From the IMG/VR virus record IMGVR_UViG_3300010352_001543: a stretch of 64,000 bases of DNA. One strand, 5' to 3'. Positions within the stretch are counted from its first letter, which is position 1. Every line of letters starts with the position of its first letter. The position numbers and the translations under genes were made by a program. The notes under the pieces are model-generated. The model saw only the letters and a program-made list of their open reading frames with translations. It was not told the DNA's origin and searched no databases. Shown in pieces: positions 9,214-20,028 of this stretch. This DNA is from a virus (lineage: Duplodnaviria; Caudoviricetes).

Positions 9214-11121
9214 TTATATATTCAAAATTTTATTAACTGAGAAATCAGTTGAATATGTAAAATTTTCTATTCTGTCGATTTTTCCTGAGTACAATACCGT
9301 CTCGAATATCTTCAAGTTATTTTCCGATTTTTCAAACGTTATATTAAATATTCTATTAGTAGAGGACAACATTTTTCTCGCATTGACTGTATCAATTTGG
9401 AAAAGTAATTCATTTGAATCTATATTGTCTGTCATTCCTAAAACTTCTGTTTGGTTTTGTGATATTCTAACTTCTTTACCATCATCCAACACAAAGGTAA
9501 AATAATATTTTGAATTCTTTGATTCTGCTATACCAGCGAACGGTATTAAATTCTTGTTTGATAACTTATAGAATGAAAATTTTACAAAATTATCAAACTC
9601 ACTTAAATAAATTACACAATCACCCTGACCATAAGCTACTGAATTTGTGTACAGAGTAAAGTCGTTTATATTATCTTCAATGATTTGATTTTCGATTAAG
9701 TTATTAGGAGTTGTTACTTCTTTCACTAAATATGTTTTGCCTTCTAAGAACACTTTATTAATCTGCATTGGAAGCATTCCATTATTGCTTATAGTACCTG
9801 CATAATAATCAGTACTATTACTCAATAAGTATGGATTGTTTTCTAATTTTGATTCAAAAGTGTTCTCGGATTTTAGTATCTTGTTTACAATTTTAACCGG
9901 ATTCTGTGTATCAATATTTATCTTTGTTAAGTATCGGCCATACTTGCTTGCGTCGGGAAATGTATAAGTTGCCCTGCGAACCACATAAAAATTATCTGTT
10001 TTATCTAAAATCCTGACGGTATAATCAATAGTAAATGCTTGAGTATCCGGATGGGTTATAACAGGACGGTATTTAAAAGAGTCATTAAAATTAGTCTCTT
10101 GCATACTTGTAAATCTGTTTGTTATCTGTTCAGAATAATTTTGAGATTTATTGAAATCAAATAAATGTTCATGTAATTCAATATCATTAAACACTATGAA
10201 CTGATTATTAAATTGTCTATTTCGTTGAGCAAAATAATCTTCAAGAAATTGTCCATTGTATGTTGGGAACAACTCAAAGAAATCACCGTTGCCACTTTCC
10301 CGGATAACAGCGGCCACCCCAACAAAAAGGTCTTCTGTTTCAATTTCTGTTTTGAAATTTCCGTTGTGATCACTTATCAATGTAACTGAAGTGAGAATAT
10401 TTTGCCCTTTTGAGTCCATTTTTTGGTCAGCTATCTCAAAATATTCCAATACTAGTCGAGAGTACACTGGATCCGGAAAGTTTTTCATATTGTAACGGTA
10501 ATCATAACTCTTCATTGAATCTGCTATCTGTCCATTAATTTGATATAAGCTATCAATGTCCGGAACACAAATTTTTATGAACCGGTCGAATACCCTATCA
10601 CCTAATCTAAACGGAGTAGCATGTCTTTCTAAATCAAAATCTTTAGAAAAACCAATGTTTGCAATATAAGCATTATTTGATTTAGAATCCTTATATGATG
10701 CCCGAAGAACGATTCCTTCTAAGCCTTCAAAATTATAACCTTGAAGTATATGTACTTTAATTGTGTGATAAATTACATGAGTTTCTACTTCGAGTTGAGT
10801 TGTATTAATATTATAAAATTTTAGACCAGGGTTAAATTTCTCGAAATGACTTATTGGTTTTTCAAAATCAAATTTCAACCAATTAGATTCAGTTATCTGT
10901 TGCACTGAACGATCAAGTGAATTCCCGGTGATAACAGAAGGCCGATTTATAAAATCTTCGTGGAAATTTATAAAATTGACCGAACTGTTATAATCATTCA
11001 ATACTTTTAAAAAGTATAAATCATTACTTGAGTATACCATAGAATTGTACTCGAATTCTAATAGAACTTCTTGTCTATCTAATGCTATGAAATTTGAACT
11101 TGTTTTTAGGTTGTATGACAT
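9214..11121 (-). CDS. hypothetical protein, probably structural
   Basis: 635-aa ORF among late genes; no motif recognised. Confidence 0.55.
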   Translation of the reverse strand: MSYNLKTSSNFIALDRQEVLLEFEYNSMVYSSNDLYFLKVLNDYNSSVNFINFHEDFINRPSVITGNSLDRSVQQITESNWLKFDFEKPISHFEKFNPGLKFYNINTTQLEVETHVIYHTIKVHILQGYNFEGLEGIVLRASYKDSKSNNAYIANIGFSKDFDLERHATPFRLGDRVFDRFIKICVPDIDSLYQINGQIADSMKSYDYRYNMKNFPDPVYSRLVLEYFEIADQKMDSKGQNILTSVTLISDHNGNFKTEIETEDLFVGVAAVIRESGNGDFFELFPTYNGQFLEDYFAQRNRQFNNQFIVFNDIELHEHLFDFNKSQNYSEQITNRFTSMQETNFNDSFKYRPVITHPDTQAFTIDYTVRILDKTDNFYVVRRATYTFPDASKYGRYLTKINIDTQNPVKIVNKILKSENTFESKLENNPYLLSNSTDYYAGTISNNGMLPMQINKVFLEGKTYLVKEVTTPNNLIENQIIEDNINDFTLYTNSVAYGQGDCVIYLSEFDNFVKFSFYKLSNKNLIPFAGIAESKNSKYYFTFVLDDGKEVRISQNQTEVLGMTDNIDSNELLFQIDTVNARKMLSSTNRIFNITFEKSENNLKIFETVLYSGKIDRIENFTYSTDFSVNKILNI

Positions 11122-11132
11122 AATTTATTGAT

Positions 11133-11975
11133 TTAAAATTCCCAAATATTATAATTGATACCGAATCCTATATAAATACCTAATAATGTTGCTTGTTTAT
11201 TGTAGATATCATATCCTAAACTTGGCCCAAAGGTAAATCCAACTGAAAATTTAGTTTTGTCTTTTTTGATTGCCTCTGGTGTCAAATAATTAGTTTTAAT
11301 CAAATAACATTTTAACACTTCCGGATCAAAATTAGAAATAATATCAAACTTAATTTTCGGATTTGAGTTTCTCACATTAACATACAATAGACTATCTTTT
11401 GTCAACTCAAGTGCTGTAGTTAATGTTAAATTTAATTTATAATTCAATTTCGATTGTTCTTTGATCCAAGCCAACGTCGAATCGGTATAATTGTATTTAA
11501 CTTTAAAATCACCGAACAGGTCCAATGAGTAGTCTTTAGTTCCGTTTATATCAGCACTTGAAAAACTCTCAGTCCATCCCAATTCATATTCACCATCTTT
11601 TAATTTAACCGATGTTAATTCACCTTTCAATTGATCAATTGAATCGATTAAAGTAGTGTTTGTTTGGGTTAATGAAATAACACGATTCAATGAATTATTA
11701 TATTGTACTGTTAATACATGATAACGTTCAACAAGTCTGTTAAAATCCATTGCCAGAACTGCTACTTGTGTTTGGTACTGTCCAAGTTTGTCCTTATATA
11801 TAGTTACCTCATGCTGAGCAGCAATATCGTTTTGGTGAACTATTTGTGAGGATGCTCTAAGTTCCGCTTGTAATTGTTTATTCTTTTTATCATATTCACT
11901 TATGAAATAAATCGATGCCGATACTCCCATAAATAAAACGAAAATTATTATTAAATATACTATATCTTTTTTCAT
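11133..11975 (-). CDS. membrane-anchored coiled-coil protein, possibly spanin-like
   Basis: N-terminal TM helix, coiled coil, C-terminal Gly/aromatic beta-hairpin ending YNIWEF. Confidence 0.5.
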   Translation of the reverse strand: MKKDIVYLIIIFVLFMGVSASIYFISEYDKKNKQLQAELRASSQIVHQNDIAAQHEVTIYKDKLGQYQTQVAVLAMDFNRLVERYHVLTVQYNNSLNRVISLTQTNTTLIDSIDQLKGELTSVKLKDGEYELGWTESFSSADINGTKDYSLDLFGDFKVKYNYTDSTLAWIKEQSKLNYKLNLTLTTALELTKDSLLYVNVRNSNPKIKFDIISNFDPEVLKCYLIKTNYLTPEAIKKDKTKFSVGFTFGPSLGYDIYNKQATLLGIYIGFGINYNIWEF

Positions 11976-11980
11976 ATTTC

Positions 11981-12334
11981 TTATACTAGCGTGTGAATAT
12001 TTTCTATAGAAATTTTCAATTTGGAAGAAGCTGGATGTATTTTTTTATACATCTTGCCTGATCCATTTTTTAAGATTGTTGTAACGTATGCGAATGCATT
12101 AGTTTTAACACCGTTTATAATAGGTTTAAAGTTTTTCCAATACAGTATAATATCAAGCATAGCTCCTGCCATACAATCTTCCCTGTCGGCCGGATCTTTA
12201 TATCTTAATTTTTTGTAATGAATTTCCGTATTTATTTTCATACAAAACTGAATTGCTTTTGGTGTTAGCTCACCAGCTACAAGTGATTTCGAAAGTTCTT
12301 CATGTAGCTCACTTGCTTTAACATAATCTGCCAT
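11981..12334 (-). CDS. late-transcription sigma factor (gp55-like), minimal 117 aa
   Basis: YV...L, REDC, YWKNFKP, NAFAYVTTI motifs typical of gp55. Confidence 0.8.
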   Translation of the reverse strand: MADYVKASELHEELSKSLVAGELTPKAIQFCMKINTEIHYKKLRYKDPADREDCMAGAMLDIILYWKNFKPIINGVKTNAFAYVTTILKNGSGKMYKKIHPASSKLKISIENIHTLV

Positions 12335-12405
12335 TTTTTTCCTGGAAAAATAAGTAGAGGGCTCTGTAAAATTCCGAACCCTCTATAAAAATTAATTATT
12401 TGTTA

Positions 12406-14316
12406 TTAAAATTCTACATCATCCGATGCAATAGGAATTCTGATTGTTTGACCAGTATCTGTTAATACAACTAATATACCAGCGGCGTCATCATAAGAGA
12501 TAATTTTACCTGATTGATTACCAATTTGGATTTTACGTTCCATATCAGATTGTTTACTGTTACTATTATATTGATCTGATTCTTCATCTTCATCGTTCAA
12601 GACCGTCACCATACTTACAGGAACATTTTTCTCCAAATATTCATCATGTGAATCATAGACAGTAACTTCTTCATCCATTTTTTTATCATCTTCACTATTG
12701 ATCATATCTTCAACATCGTCATCCGGATCTTCATCGTCGTTTAATACATCTTCTAATTTATCATCCTCGACTAGGCTATTAAGGCCATGTACCTGACCAT
12801 ACATCTCTTCTTTTAATTGACTTATCAACTTTTTCTTTTCCATCTGAAGATTTTTAATTTCTTCATCGATGTTGTTTTTCAAATCAATAATTTCTGGATT
12901 GTTTAACATCTCTTCATCCAAACTCAAAATTTTATCGGATTCAGTTTGAAGTGAAGTTATGGTACTTATATAACTTTGTATTTTAGAATTTAAAACATTA
13001 ATCTTAGAGATGTCGGCCTCAATCAATTTTTGTATTTCTTCTGATTGCATTTCGAAGTCTAAATTCTCTATTAGTTTTTCTCTTAATTGTAACGGGCGCA
13101 AATTCTTTTCAAATATATCAATATTCTTTATCGCATTACAAATTCTGACATCATATTTACTTTCATCTATTTTGAAAATAACCGCGTACTGGCCAGGGAA
13201 TTTTTTAGACGATATTTTCTTTGCTATATCAATCTCTACTAAATTATCAAGGTTTTCATAAATTTTCTTGATTGTATTAATCAACCTGTAATTATATTCA
13301 CTTGAATTTTCGTACACGTTTAAACTTTCATTTAAATTAAAAGTAATTTCCTTATCTCCAAAAATCATGTATTTGTCATTTTTGGTGTCCGTTCCGAGAA
13401 CAAGTCTTTTTTCATTAACTTTGAATAAAATTTCATCACCATTAACATAGCCCATATTTTCCAAAACGCTATTCATTTGTACGAAGTCGGTAGGAATGGA
13501 ATGATTTCTCGGAATCTTTTCTAATTCTTTTTTCTCGTTGATAAGATAAATATCGTTAGCCACAAAGAAGTAGTTCTCATTTATTTTTGAAGGATTGTTG
13601 TATATGATGGAGTAAACATTTTCAACTTTGAAATCACTATTAAGATGTTCATTCAAATTGATTGAATTTGGTAATTTATTTTTTAAGAAAGATTGATATT
13701 CATAAATATTTTTATCGAAGTTATATTTTTCAAGAAGTTGAACTATTTCTCTCGGAGATTTGTCTCCGTTAAAGTCATAGAAATATTCTTCCAAAATAGG
13801 GATAAGTGGTTTTATTAAATTTGATTTCGAACATTTAATATGTTCCAACATCAAATATGTTTTAAGTTCTGTTTCAGCGCTTTCAAAAATATTTCTAATC
13901 TTATCCATGTTTGTCCGGATAACTGGAATATCTTCAAATATTTTTAATTCATTTAAAAAATGTGATGCTATATTAACAGCATTCATTTTATTTGATTCTA
14001 ACAACAGTTTCAAGTTCATTAACTTGTAGTTAAGAATCAAATTATTTTTAAATTGAGAGTTATTTTCGAAAATATTTTGTATGATTGCCGGTATATGCAT
14101 TGTCTCAAATATTCTTTCCTTCTCTATGATATTAATAAAGCGTTTGACTTCTTTATTCCTATCGATTTTGGATGTTTTGGCTTCCGCCAAAACGCTGGTT
14201 CTAAATTTATCTAGATTTACACTGTAATTTTCTAGAACTTCTAATTGTTTTGCCGCAAAGTCTTTTACTTCTTGTTTTTTTGAAACTTTGTACAATAATT
14301 CTAATTGTCTTTTCAT
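12406..14316 (-). CDS. hypothetical coiled-coil/acidic protein (possible head core protein)
   Basis: 636 aa; many L/I-N-E tripeptides; coiled coil and acidic tail; late-type motif upstream. Confidence 0.5.
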   Translation of the reverse strand: MKRQLELLYKVSKKQEVKDFAAKQLEVLENYSVNLDKFRTSVLAEAKTSKIDRNKEVKRFINIIEKERIFETMHIPAIIQNIFENNSQFKNNLILNYKLMNLKLLLESNKMNAVNIASHFLNELKIFEDIPVIRTNMDKIRNIFESAETELKTYLMLEHIKCSKSNLIKPLIPILEEYFYDFNGDKSPREIVQLLEKYNFDKNIYEYQSFLKNKLPNSINLNEHLNSDFKVENVYSIIYNNPSKINENYFFVANDIYLINEKKELEKIPRNHSIPTDFVQMNSVLENMGYVNGDEILFKVNEKRLVLGTDTKNDKYMIFGDKEITFNLNESLNVYENSSEYNYRLINTIKKIYENLDNLVEIDIAKKISSKKFPGQYAVIFKIDESKYDVRICNAIKNIDIFEKNLRPLQLREKLIENLDFEMQSEEIQKLIEADISKINVLNSKIQSYISTITSLQTESDKILSLDEEMLNNPEIIDLKNNIDEEIKNLQMEKKKLISQLKEEMYGQVHGLNSLVEDDKLEDVLNDDEDPDDDVEDMINSEDDKKMDEEVTVYDSHDEYLEKNVPVSMVTVLNDEDEESDQYNSNSKQSDMERKIQIGNQSGKIISYDDAAGILVVLTDTGQTIRIPIASDDVEF

Positions 14317-14369
14317 TTGGATTATCTGATTTTTTTATAAATAGTGTTGTATAGTATATATTACTTGTA

Positions 14370-15245
14370 CTATTTATCCGTTATTTTTGTGGTCGGTTTT
14401 CCGAATCGATCCACCTTATGTATATTATTGTCCAAATTTGCTTGGTTTAATGCATCTATATTAGAATTATTTGTCTTTTTATTTAATGTGTTCAACTCAT
14501 CTATACTAAAATAGCCTGAACGATCTACAGAATTTGCGTCATCATAATTAAAATTAATAAAGAATTCCAGTATTTGTTCTTTCATAGAGAAAGTGGTTGA
14601 TTCGTCTATAATTGGATAATAGGTTGCGATTTCAAGAGGAATAATCAATCGTTTTTCTGGTTCGGTACCAAATGATATCTCATCCGGTTTCTTTGATTCA
14701 GGGTCCACCGGGAAACCAATGTAAGCTTCACAATGAATTCCTGATTGAAGAAAATGCACTTTCCTTACCCGGAAGAAAATGTCCCAAAACTTTTGAAGCA
14801 TTTTCCAATTATTAATTTTGGTGTCTGATATAATTTCTATTTCCATTGATATTGATAATGGAACAAAATTTATATGGGAACTATACATTTTTATTTGACT
14901 ATCTTGAATTTTTTGGTGCAATCCTCGTATGAACCGGGACGTCAATTCTGATTCATCAATACTGACATTCGATATGGTCAGCACTCCGCGTGGAACAACT
15001 TCATAATTTCCTTCAGCTATGATATCATCCAATAATTCATTTACCGTTTGGTTTTGGAACAGGTCTTGCATGAATCGTTCATCTCCGGTCAAATCATAAA
15101 GGAATGGCACCCTGTACTCATTCTCCTTATCCTTAAAAATACTATTTATAGAAAACTTAGTAGAATTTAATAAGTTTAATACTGCCAAAATTAAATTTCT
15201 AAGAAAAACATCATCGGTGTTATATTTTTTTAATACTTCTTTCAT
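14370..15245 (-). CDS. tail sheath terminator/stabiliser (gp15-like)
   Basis: RVPFLY...VPRG...VPLSISMEIEI...Q pattern. Confidence 0.6.
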   Translation of the reverse strand: MKEVLKKYNTDDVFLRNLILAVLNLLNSTKFSINSIFKDKENEYRVPFLYDLTGDERFMQDLFQNQTVNELLDDIIAEGNYEVVPRGVLTISNVSIDESELTSRFIRGLHQKIQDSQIKMYSSHINFVPLSISMEIEIISDTKINNWKMLQKFWDIFFRVRKVHFLQSGIHCEAYIGFPVDPESKKPDEISFGTEPEKRLIIPLEIATYYPIIDESTTFSMKEQILEFFINFNYDDANSVDRSGYFSIDELNTLNKKTNNSNIDALNQANLDNNIHKVDRFGKPTTKITDK

Positions 15246-15859
15246 TAATTTTTACTTTTATTTAGATCGTAGTATTCAAACACTTCTTCTAATTGATCAA
15301 TATTAGCTATTTTATGTGACCACCAACCACCGCCTGCTTTTTCTTCTTTTTCTTCTTTATCTGCATATTCTTTCGAAGTAACGTCTATATAAAATGTCTT
15401 TGGCTCAAATGGAAAACTTTTAATGTTTTGACTATACGATATTTCTTGACCATATTTTTCAGTATATTCTTCTGGAACATCCGCCCAACCAGAAAAACAA
15501 TGACCATCTTCTTCTTTAAAAATGATAGCGTCTAAATAATGAGGAGTATCATCAATACCATTTTTGAAAATTTTACCACATCTTTTGTTTTGATACCAAG
15601 TTTCGTTTTCTTTAGAATAAAATTCAATCCATTCATCATCTTCACCTGTAACTGGAGTAATAGGTATATACATACACAATTTTCCAACTACACTTGATAT
15701 AATTTTTGATACGTATGGAGCTGAACCTCCAGATTGTCCACTTTCTGCAAATTTATTAATTAATGCTAATATCTCATCTTTGAATTCTAAGACTACTGCT
15801 CCTGGCATATGTTTTTCAAGAATATCAAATTCTTGTTCTGCAAATGATTTTAAATTCAT
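15245..15859 (-). CDS. hypothetical phage protein
   Basis: 204 aa; motifs FAESGQSGGSAPY and PITPVTGEDDEW..QNKRC. Confidence 0.6.
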   Translation of the reverse strand: MNLKSFAEQEFDILEKHMPGAVVLEFKDEILALINKFAESGQSGGSAPYVSKIISSVVGKLCMYIPITPVTGEDDEWIEFYSKENETWYQNKRCGKIFKNGIDDTPHYLDAIIFKEEDGHCFSGWADVPEEYTEKYGQEISYSQNIKSFPFEPKTFYIDVTSKEYADKEEKEEKAGGGWWSHKIANIDQLEEVFEYYDLNKSKN

Positions 15860-15879
15860 TTATTTCTCTTCTATTAAAT

Positions 15880-16305
15880 TTATATTTCTTTTAATTGTTT
15901 TTTCATTTTTGTCCAATTACTATCTTCGTGTTCATTTTCCGGATAATATTCATATCCACGTCTAATGTACCAATCATACTGCCAAGTATTTTTATCTACC
16001 CATAAATAAGAACATTTAGCACCTAATTGTATTCCTAAATTTTCTCTAACTTCTTGTAATCTGGTTCCATATCCTTTTTTTCTATGATATGTATTAACAT
16101 TCATGTTACTTAATATGATAGAATCATTATAATCACCTTCAAAATACCAGTTTAATAAAGCAACTGCATTTCCATTCTTTTCCATGAAATACAAAGTTTG
16201 ACCTCCGTAGTTACCTTCAGATAAAAATAGAATATAATCATCTAAAAAGTGCTTATCTATATTTTTGATCAGATCCTTACATGTCTGAATTTCAACTTTT
16301 TCCAT
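15880..16305 (-). CDS. GNAT-family acetyltransferase
   Basis: LSNMNV..HRKKGYGTRL acetyl-CoA motif; LWV...WYIRRGY. Confidence 0.8.
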   Translation of the reverse strand: MEKVEIQTCKDLIKNIDKHFLDDYILFLSEGNYGGQTLYFMEKNGNAVALLNWYFEGDYNDSIILSNMNVNTYHRKKGYGTRLQEVRENLGIQLGAKCSYLWVDKNTWQYDWYIRRGYEYYPENEHEDSNWTKMKKQLKEI

Positions 16306-16314
16306 TTTATTCCT

Positions 16315-17988
16315 TTATATTGAATTTTCTAAATAACTAAAACCTGTTTTGTCCTTATGAACATTAATAACTCTGTCGAACAAATTAAAATCCAAAAGTG
16401 AGTGGTTTATTAAAAATATATGGAGATTTAACTCAGTTGAAATTTCTTTTAAAATTCCACAAACCAACTCTATTGATTCCATGTCTAAACTTGAAAAAAT
16501 TTCGTCTAAGAATAATATATTAATATCACTAAATTTAGTTTTTAGAAGTCGAATGAATCCAATCAATACAGCAAAATCAAATTTCTTACTCTCTCCTGCA
16601 GACAATGTCTCGATACTTAAATCTCTTCCAAGGAAAACAACATTTGTTTCTAAATTTGAATCCAGATTAAGTGAATACCCTAAATTTAGTCTCGATAACA
16701 TTTTATTTATTTCATTATTTAAATGAGGAATAATTTTATCGATTATATGTTTTTTTATTCCTTGTTCACTGAGAATATCAGAAATTATATTAAGAAAATT
16801 TGTTTCATACTGAATTGTTTCCAATTTTTCTTTATGTGTTTCTAATGATTTTTGGTCCTGTTCTATAATTTCATAAAGACCATTAAGTTGGTAACTATTG
16901 TCAGTTAGATTTAATTTTTCTATCTCAGTTTGTAAATGATCTATTTTAACAGACAACCCGTGAATTTTTTTAGTACCTTCATCCCGGATATGCATATATT
17001 TATCCAAACGTTCTGAATGTTTATTTCCTTCGGATTTTAAATCAACTAATGTTCTTGTCAATAAAGTCAATTGATTTTTATAATCTTCTAAATGGTCCAA
17101 GTGTTCTGCTGAGTTGAAGTCAGAACCACACATAGGACATTTTTCATTCCTCTCGTACAGCTCAATTTTCTTTTCTATGGATTTTTTATCAAATTCATAA
17201 CCCTTTTTAACAGTATCATTTTTTTTGATTTTTTCTTTGATCTCATTAATATTTTTATTAATTAATTCAAATTTTTCTCTAAGAATTTGTTCCTTTCCGC
17301 TTAAATCTGCTATTGATTCTTTTAGGGTAGCTTCTTCTATTTTCTGAGCATCATCTATCTGTTTCTGAATTTCATCTGTTTTATTTTGGGTAAGCTGAAT
17401 ATGACTGTATAAGCTATCAATATTATCTTTTAAACTATTTTCTTTTCTCTGATTATCTTTAATTTCATTTTTAATTTCTTCATGCATCATGGTGAGGATA
17501 TTCAAACCAAAAACTCTATCAATAAGATTTCGTTTTTCCTGTTTTTTCATCCGAACAAATGATTTGAATTTATTGATATCCAACACAACTAAATTTTTGA
17601 ACATGAATTGGTCTATATCTAAAATATCATTTTCAATTTGTTGTTGAACATTCTTCTTCCCAGCTATATCAGATAAAACAACATCATTTAAAACAACATT
17701 TAAATTATTAGGAGATACATTTCTTTCTATTGATAATTCACCTTGTTTGGTTTGAATATGAGTTTTAGTATATAAATTTTCATTTACTCTATTAGGGAGG
17801 TCGTAAATCTTTTTTCCTGAAACTCTCCCAAATATGCCAAATTCTAATACTTCAGCTATTGTTGATTTTCCATTTCCGTTATTTGCTGAAATTAAATTTA
17901 AACTTGATATAGATTCAGAGAAATCCAAACTCTGTAGCATATTTCCATATGAGTTAAAATTCTTCCAATAATACTTTAAAATTTTCAA
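16315..17988 (-). CDS. recombination endonuclease ATPase subunit (gp46/Rad50-like)
   Basis: NGNGKST, CPMC zinc hook, LSAGE signature, FLDEIFSSLD, INH. Confidence 0.95.
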   Translation of the reverse strand: MKILKYYWKNFNSYGNMLQSLDFSESISSLNLISANNGNGKSTIAEVLEFGIFGRVSGKKIYDLPNRVNENLYTKTHIQTKQGELSIERNVSPNNLNVVLNDVVLSDIAGKKNVQQQIENDILDIDQFMFKNLVVLDINKFKSFVRMKKQEKRNLIDRVFGLNILTMMHEEIKNEIKDNQRKENSLKDNIDSLYSHIQLTQNKTDEIQKQIDDAQKIEEATLKESIADLSGKEQILREKFELINKNINEIKEKIKKNDTVKKGYEFDKKSIEKKIELYERNEKCPMCGSDFNSAEHLDHLEDYKNQLTLLTRTLVDLKSEGNKHSERLDKYMHIRDEGTKKIHGLSVKIDHLQTEIEKLNLTDNSYQLNGLYEIIEQDQKSLETHKEKLETIQYETNFLNIISDILSEQGIKKHIIDKIIPHLNNEINKMLSRLNLGYSLNLDSNLETNVVFLGRDLSIETLSAGESKKFDFAVLIGFIRLLKTKFSDINILFLDEIFSSLDMESIELVCGILKEISTELNLHIFLINHSLLDFNLFDRVINVHKDKTGFSYLENSI

Positions 17989-18002
17989 ATAAATATTTCC
18001 TT

Positions 18003-19097
18003 TTATTTTTCGTCTGCCATTTTTTCATTATTGATAGCATTTTCATACACTACCTTGACTTTGTCCTTTATCAACTGTTTAACCTCATCCGACTGGTTCA
18101 GTGAATTCAAATAATAATTAAGCTCATCATTAATTTGAAATTGATTGAAATTAGAATCCAGTGAGTATGAGGACTCTATTTCATTTTCCATCATAATAAA
18201 TTTGACTTCATTTGTTATCTTAAGTATCTCAGAAAATTTTGTCCAAGAGTATGAATTTTGAAAATTCTTTTTTATTATCAAATCAACTATATTATTTCTA
18301 ATAAGCTGTTCAAATTGTTTCAAAGGAGTGTTCATGAGATCCATGAGGACCAACTGAATAAATTTCGGACTATAATTATTTTCAAAGAAAAGTTCTTCTC
18401 CTGTTTCCAAATCTAAACAAAATATACCCTTTGAATTTTCCCGGTCATTTCTTGTTTGATGAAATGGGTTCCCAACCATTTGGACGTTTCTGTACTTTTG
18501 CTTTAAATGAATATGGCCGGAGTAGACTTTCTTTACTTGTGTTAAATCCTTTGCATCAATTCCATCTTCTAAACACGAAAAATTGTTGTAACGTAGTCCG
18601 GAGAAATCATGATGACAAAAAATATAGTCCGTTTTTTTAGCTTCTTTCAAGGCATCTAAAAATGATTCGTTGTTTTGTCTCCAGGGAATAAGTAGTATGT
18701 TCTTGGAGCAACATTCATATATTACAGGATCTTTATATACTTCAATATTAGGTATATAATTAAAAACATTCAATGAATTAATATCATTGCTATTTTTATA
18801 TGCAGTGTCATGATTTCCTATTATTATTTTTATAGGTAGTAACTTAGAAATATCAACAAATAAATTTACTACACGGTTCAAGACTATAGAATTAATAGAA
18901 AGACGATTATCAAACACATCACCTAATATAAATAAAACATCATTCGGTTTTATATTTTCTTTTAGTAGAGGTATAAAGAAATTTTCAAAATAATCAACTG
19001 TTTGGTCTAGCCATTTCATCGAGACCGCATGCAACCCAAAATGAATATCAGCGAGCATCCATATTCTTTGAAATTGTTCTTGATGTTTTTTGATCAT
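18003..19097 (-). CDS. recombination nuclease subunit (gp47/Mre11-like)
   Basis: DIHFG, GDVFD, GNHD and SGHIH metallophosphoesterase motifs. Confidence 0.95.
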   Translation of the reverse strand: MIKKHQEQFQRIWMLADIHFGLHAVSMKWLDQTVDYFENFFIPLLKENIKPNDVLFILGDVFDNRLSINSIVLNRVVNLFVDISKLLPIKIIIGNHDTAYKNSNDINSLNVFNYIPNIEVYKDPVIYECCSKNILLIPWRQNNESFLDALKEAKKTDYIFCHHDFSGLRYNNFSCLEDGIDAKDLTQVKKVYSGHIHLKQKYRNVQMVGNPFHQTRNDRENSKGIFCLDLETGEELFFENNYSPKFIQLVLMDLMNTPLKQFEQLIRNNIVDLIIKKNFQNSYSWTKFSEILKITNEVKFIMMENEIESSYSLDSNFNQFQINDELNYYLNSLNQSDEVKQLIKDKVKVVYENAINNEKMADEK

Positions 19098-19105
19098 TTT
19101 TATGT

Positions 19106-19495
19106 TTATATATAGAAAATTTTACATGTTATAGTATCAGCAAAAGTTAATTTATTGTTTGTAAAAAATAATTCAATATCTTTGTCCGGTGTTTTATCCA
19201 CTTTTAACTTTTTTAATTCCTTCTCATTAAATTTATTCCATATATCCAAAACACCAGGAATTATATTTTCATGAAAGTTGGTGAACATTTCAGCTAATTT
19301 AGTATTCTCTTTATTTTCTTGGTTGATTATTTCATTATTGAATTCTAAATAATCAAGTGATTTAATGTACTGAGTAACATATATTCTATCAGAAATTATC
19401 ATACATTCAGCATCATTTTTAATGATTTCATTTATTTCTTTAACACAATTGTTATAGACCATCTCTGGTATTTCTATAGCTAATATTTTTCTCAT
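19106..19495 (-). CDS. hypothetical protein
   Basis: 129-aa ORF in operon. Confidence 0.55.
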   Translation of the reverse strand: MRKILAIEIPEMVYNNCVKEINEIIKNDAECMIISDRIYVTQYIKSLDYLEFNNEIINQENKENTKLAEMFTNFHENIIPGVLDIWNKFNEKELKKLKVDKTPDKDIELFFTNNKLTFADTITCKIFYI

Positions 19496-19518
19496 TTTTA
19501 TAATATTCCTGTTTTTTA

Positions 19519-19992
19519 TTAAAATAATTTTTCTTTTTTGTTTTCCGGATGAATTTCTAAATCAACATGAATTTGATTTCTGAATTTTTCAGGTAATATA
19601 CTGTAAGCCAATGTGTAGTCTATATTGAATGTTTCTAAAAATGAAAGAAGAAACTCAAGATAAGTAAATTTACCTGCTTCCAGATCATCGGTGTATATAT
19701 CAATAAAATACATAAAGAAATCAATCAAAACAGAACGTTTATTCAACTGCAACCTATTTTTATGTTTAAACCGGCTATTATGAAAATGCTCAATGTACTC
19801 CAATTGTAGTTTGTCATATGACAAATAGTCAAAATTAATCTCATCTATAAATGGGAAACTTCTTGACATTTCCAATTTCTTTTCTGATACTTGGTCCACA
19901 TCGTAACTATAAGTGTTATAACTATTGTCAAAAATTTTATCTCTCTTATACTTTTTAGCAATAGGTTTGGCTACTATTTCTTTATCGTTCAT
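19519..19992 (-). CDS. late-transcription coactivator (gp33-like)
   Basis: C-terminal TYLEFLLSFLETFNI...LPEKFRNQI resembles the gp33 core YLE...FLE..I...IP...KI (recalled from memory). Confidence 0.5.
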   Translation of the reverse strand: MNDKEIVAKPIAKKYKRDKIFDNSYNTYSYDVDQVSEKKLEMSRSFPFIDEINFDYLSYDKLQLEYIEHFHNSRFKHKNRLQLNKRSVLIDFFMYFIDIYTDDLEAGKFTYLEFLLSFLETFNIDYTLAYSILPEKFRNQIHVDLEIHPENKKEKLF

Positions 19993-20028
19993 ACTTAAAA
20001 CCTTGTTTTTCTTTATATATTTTACTGT

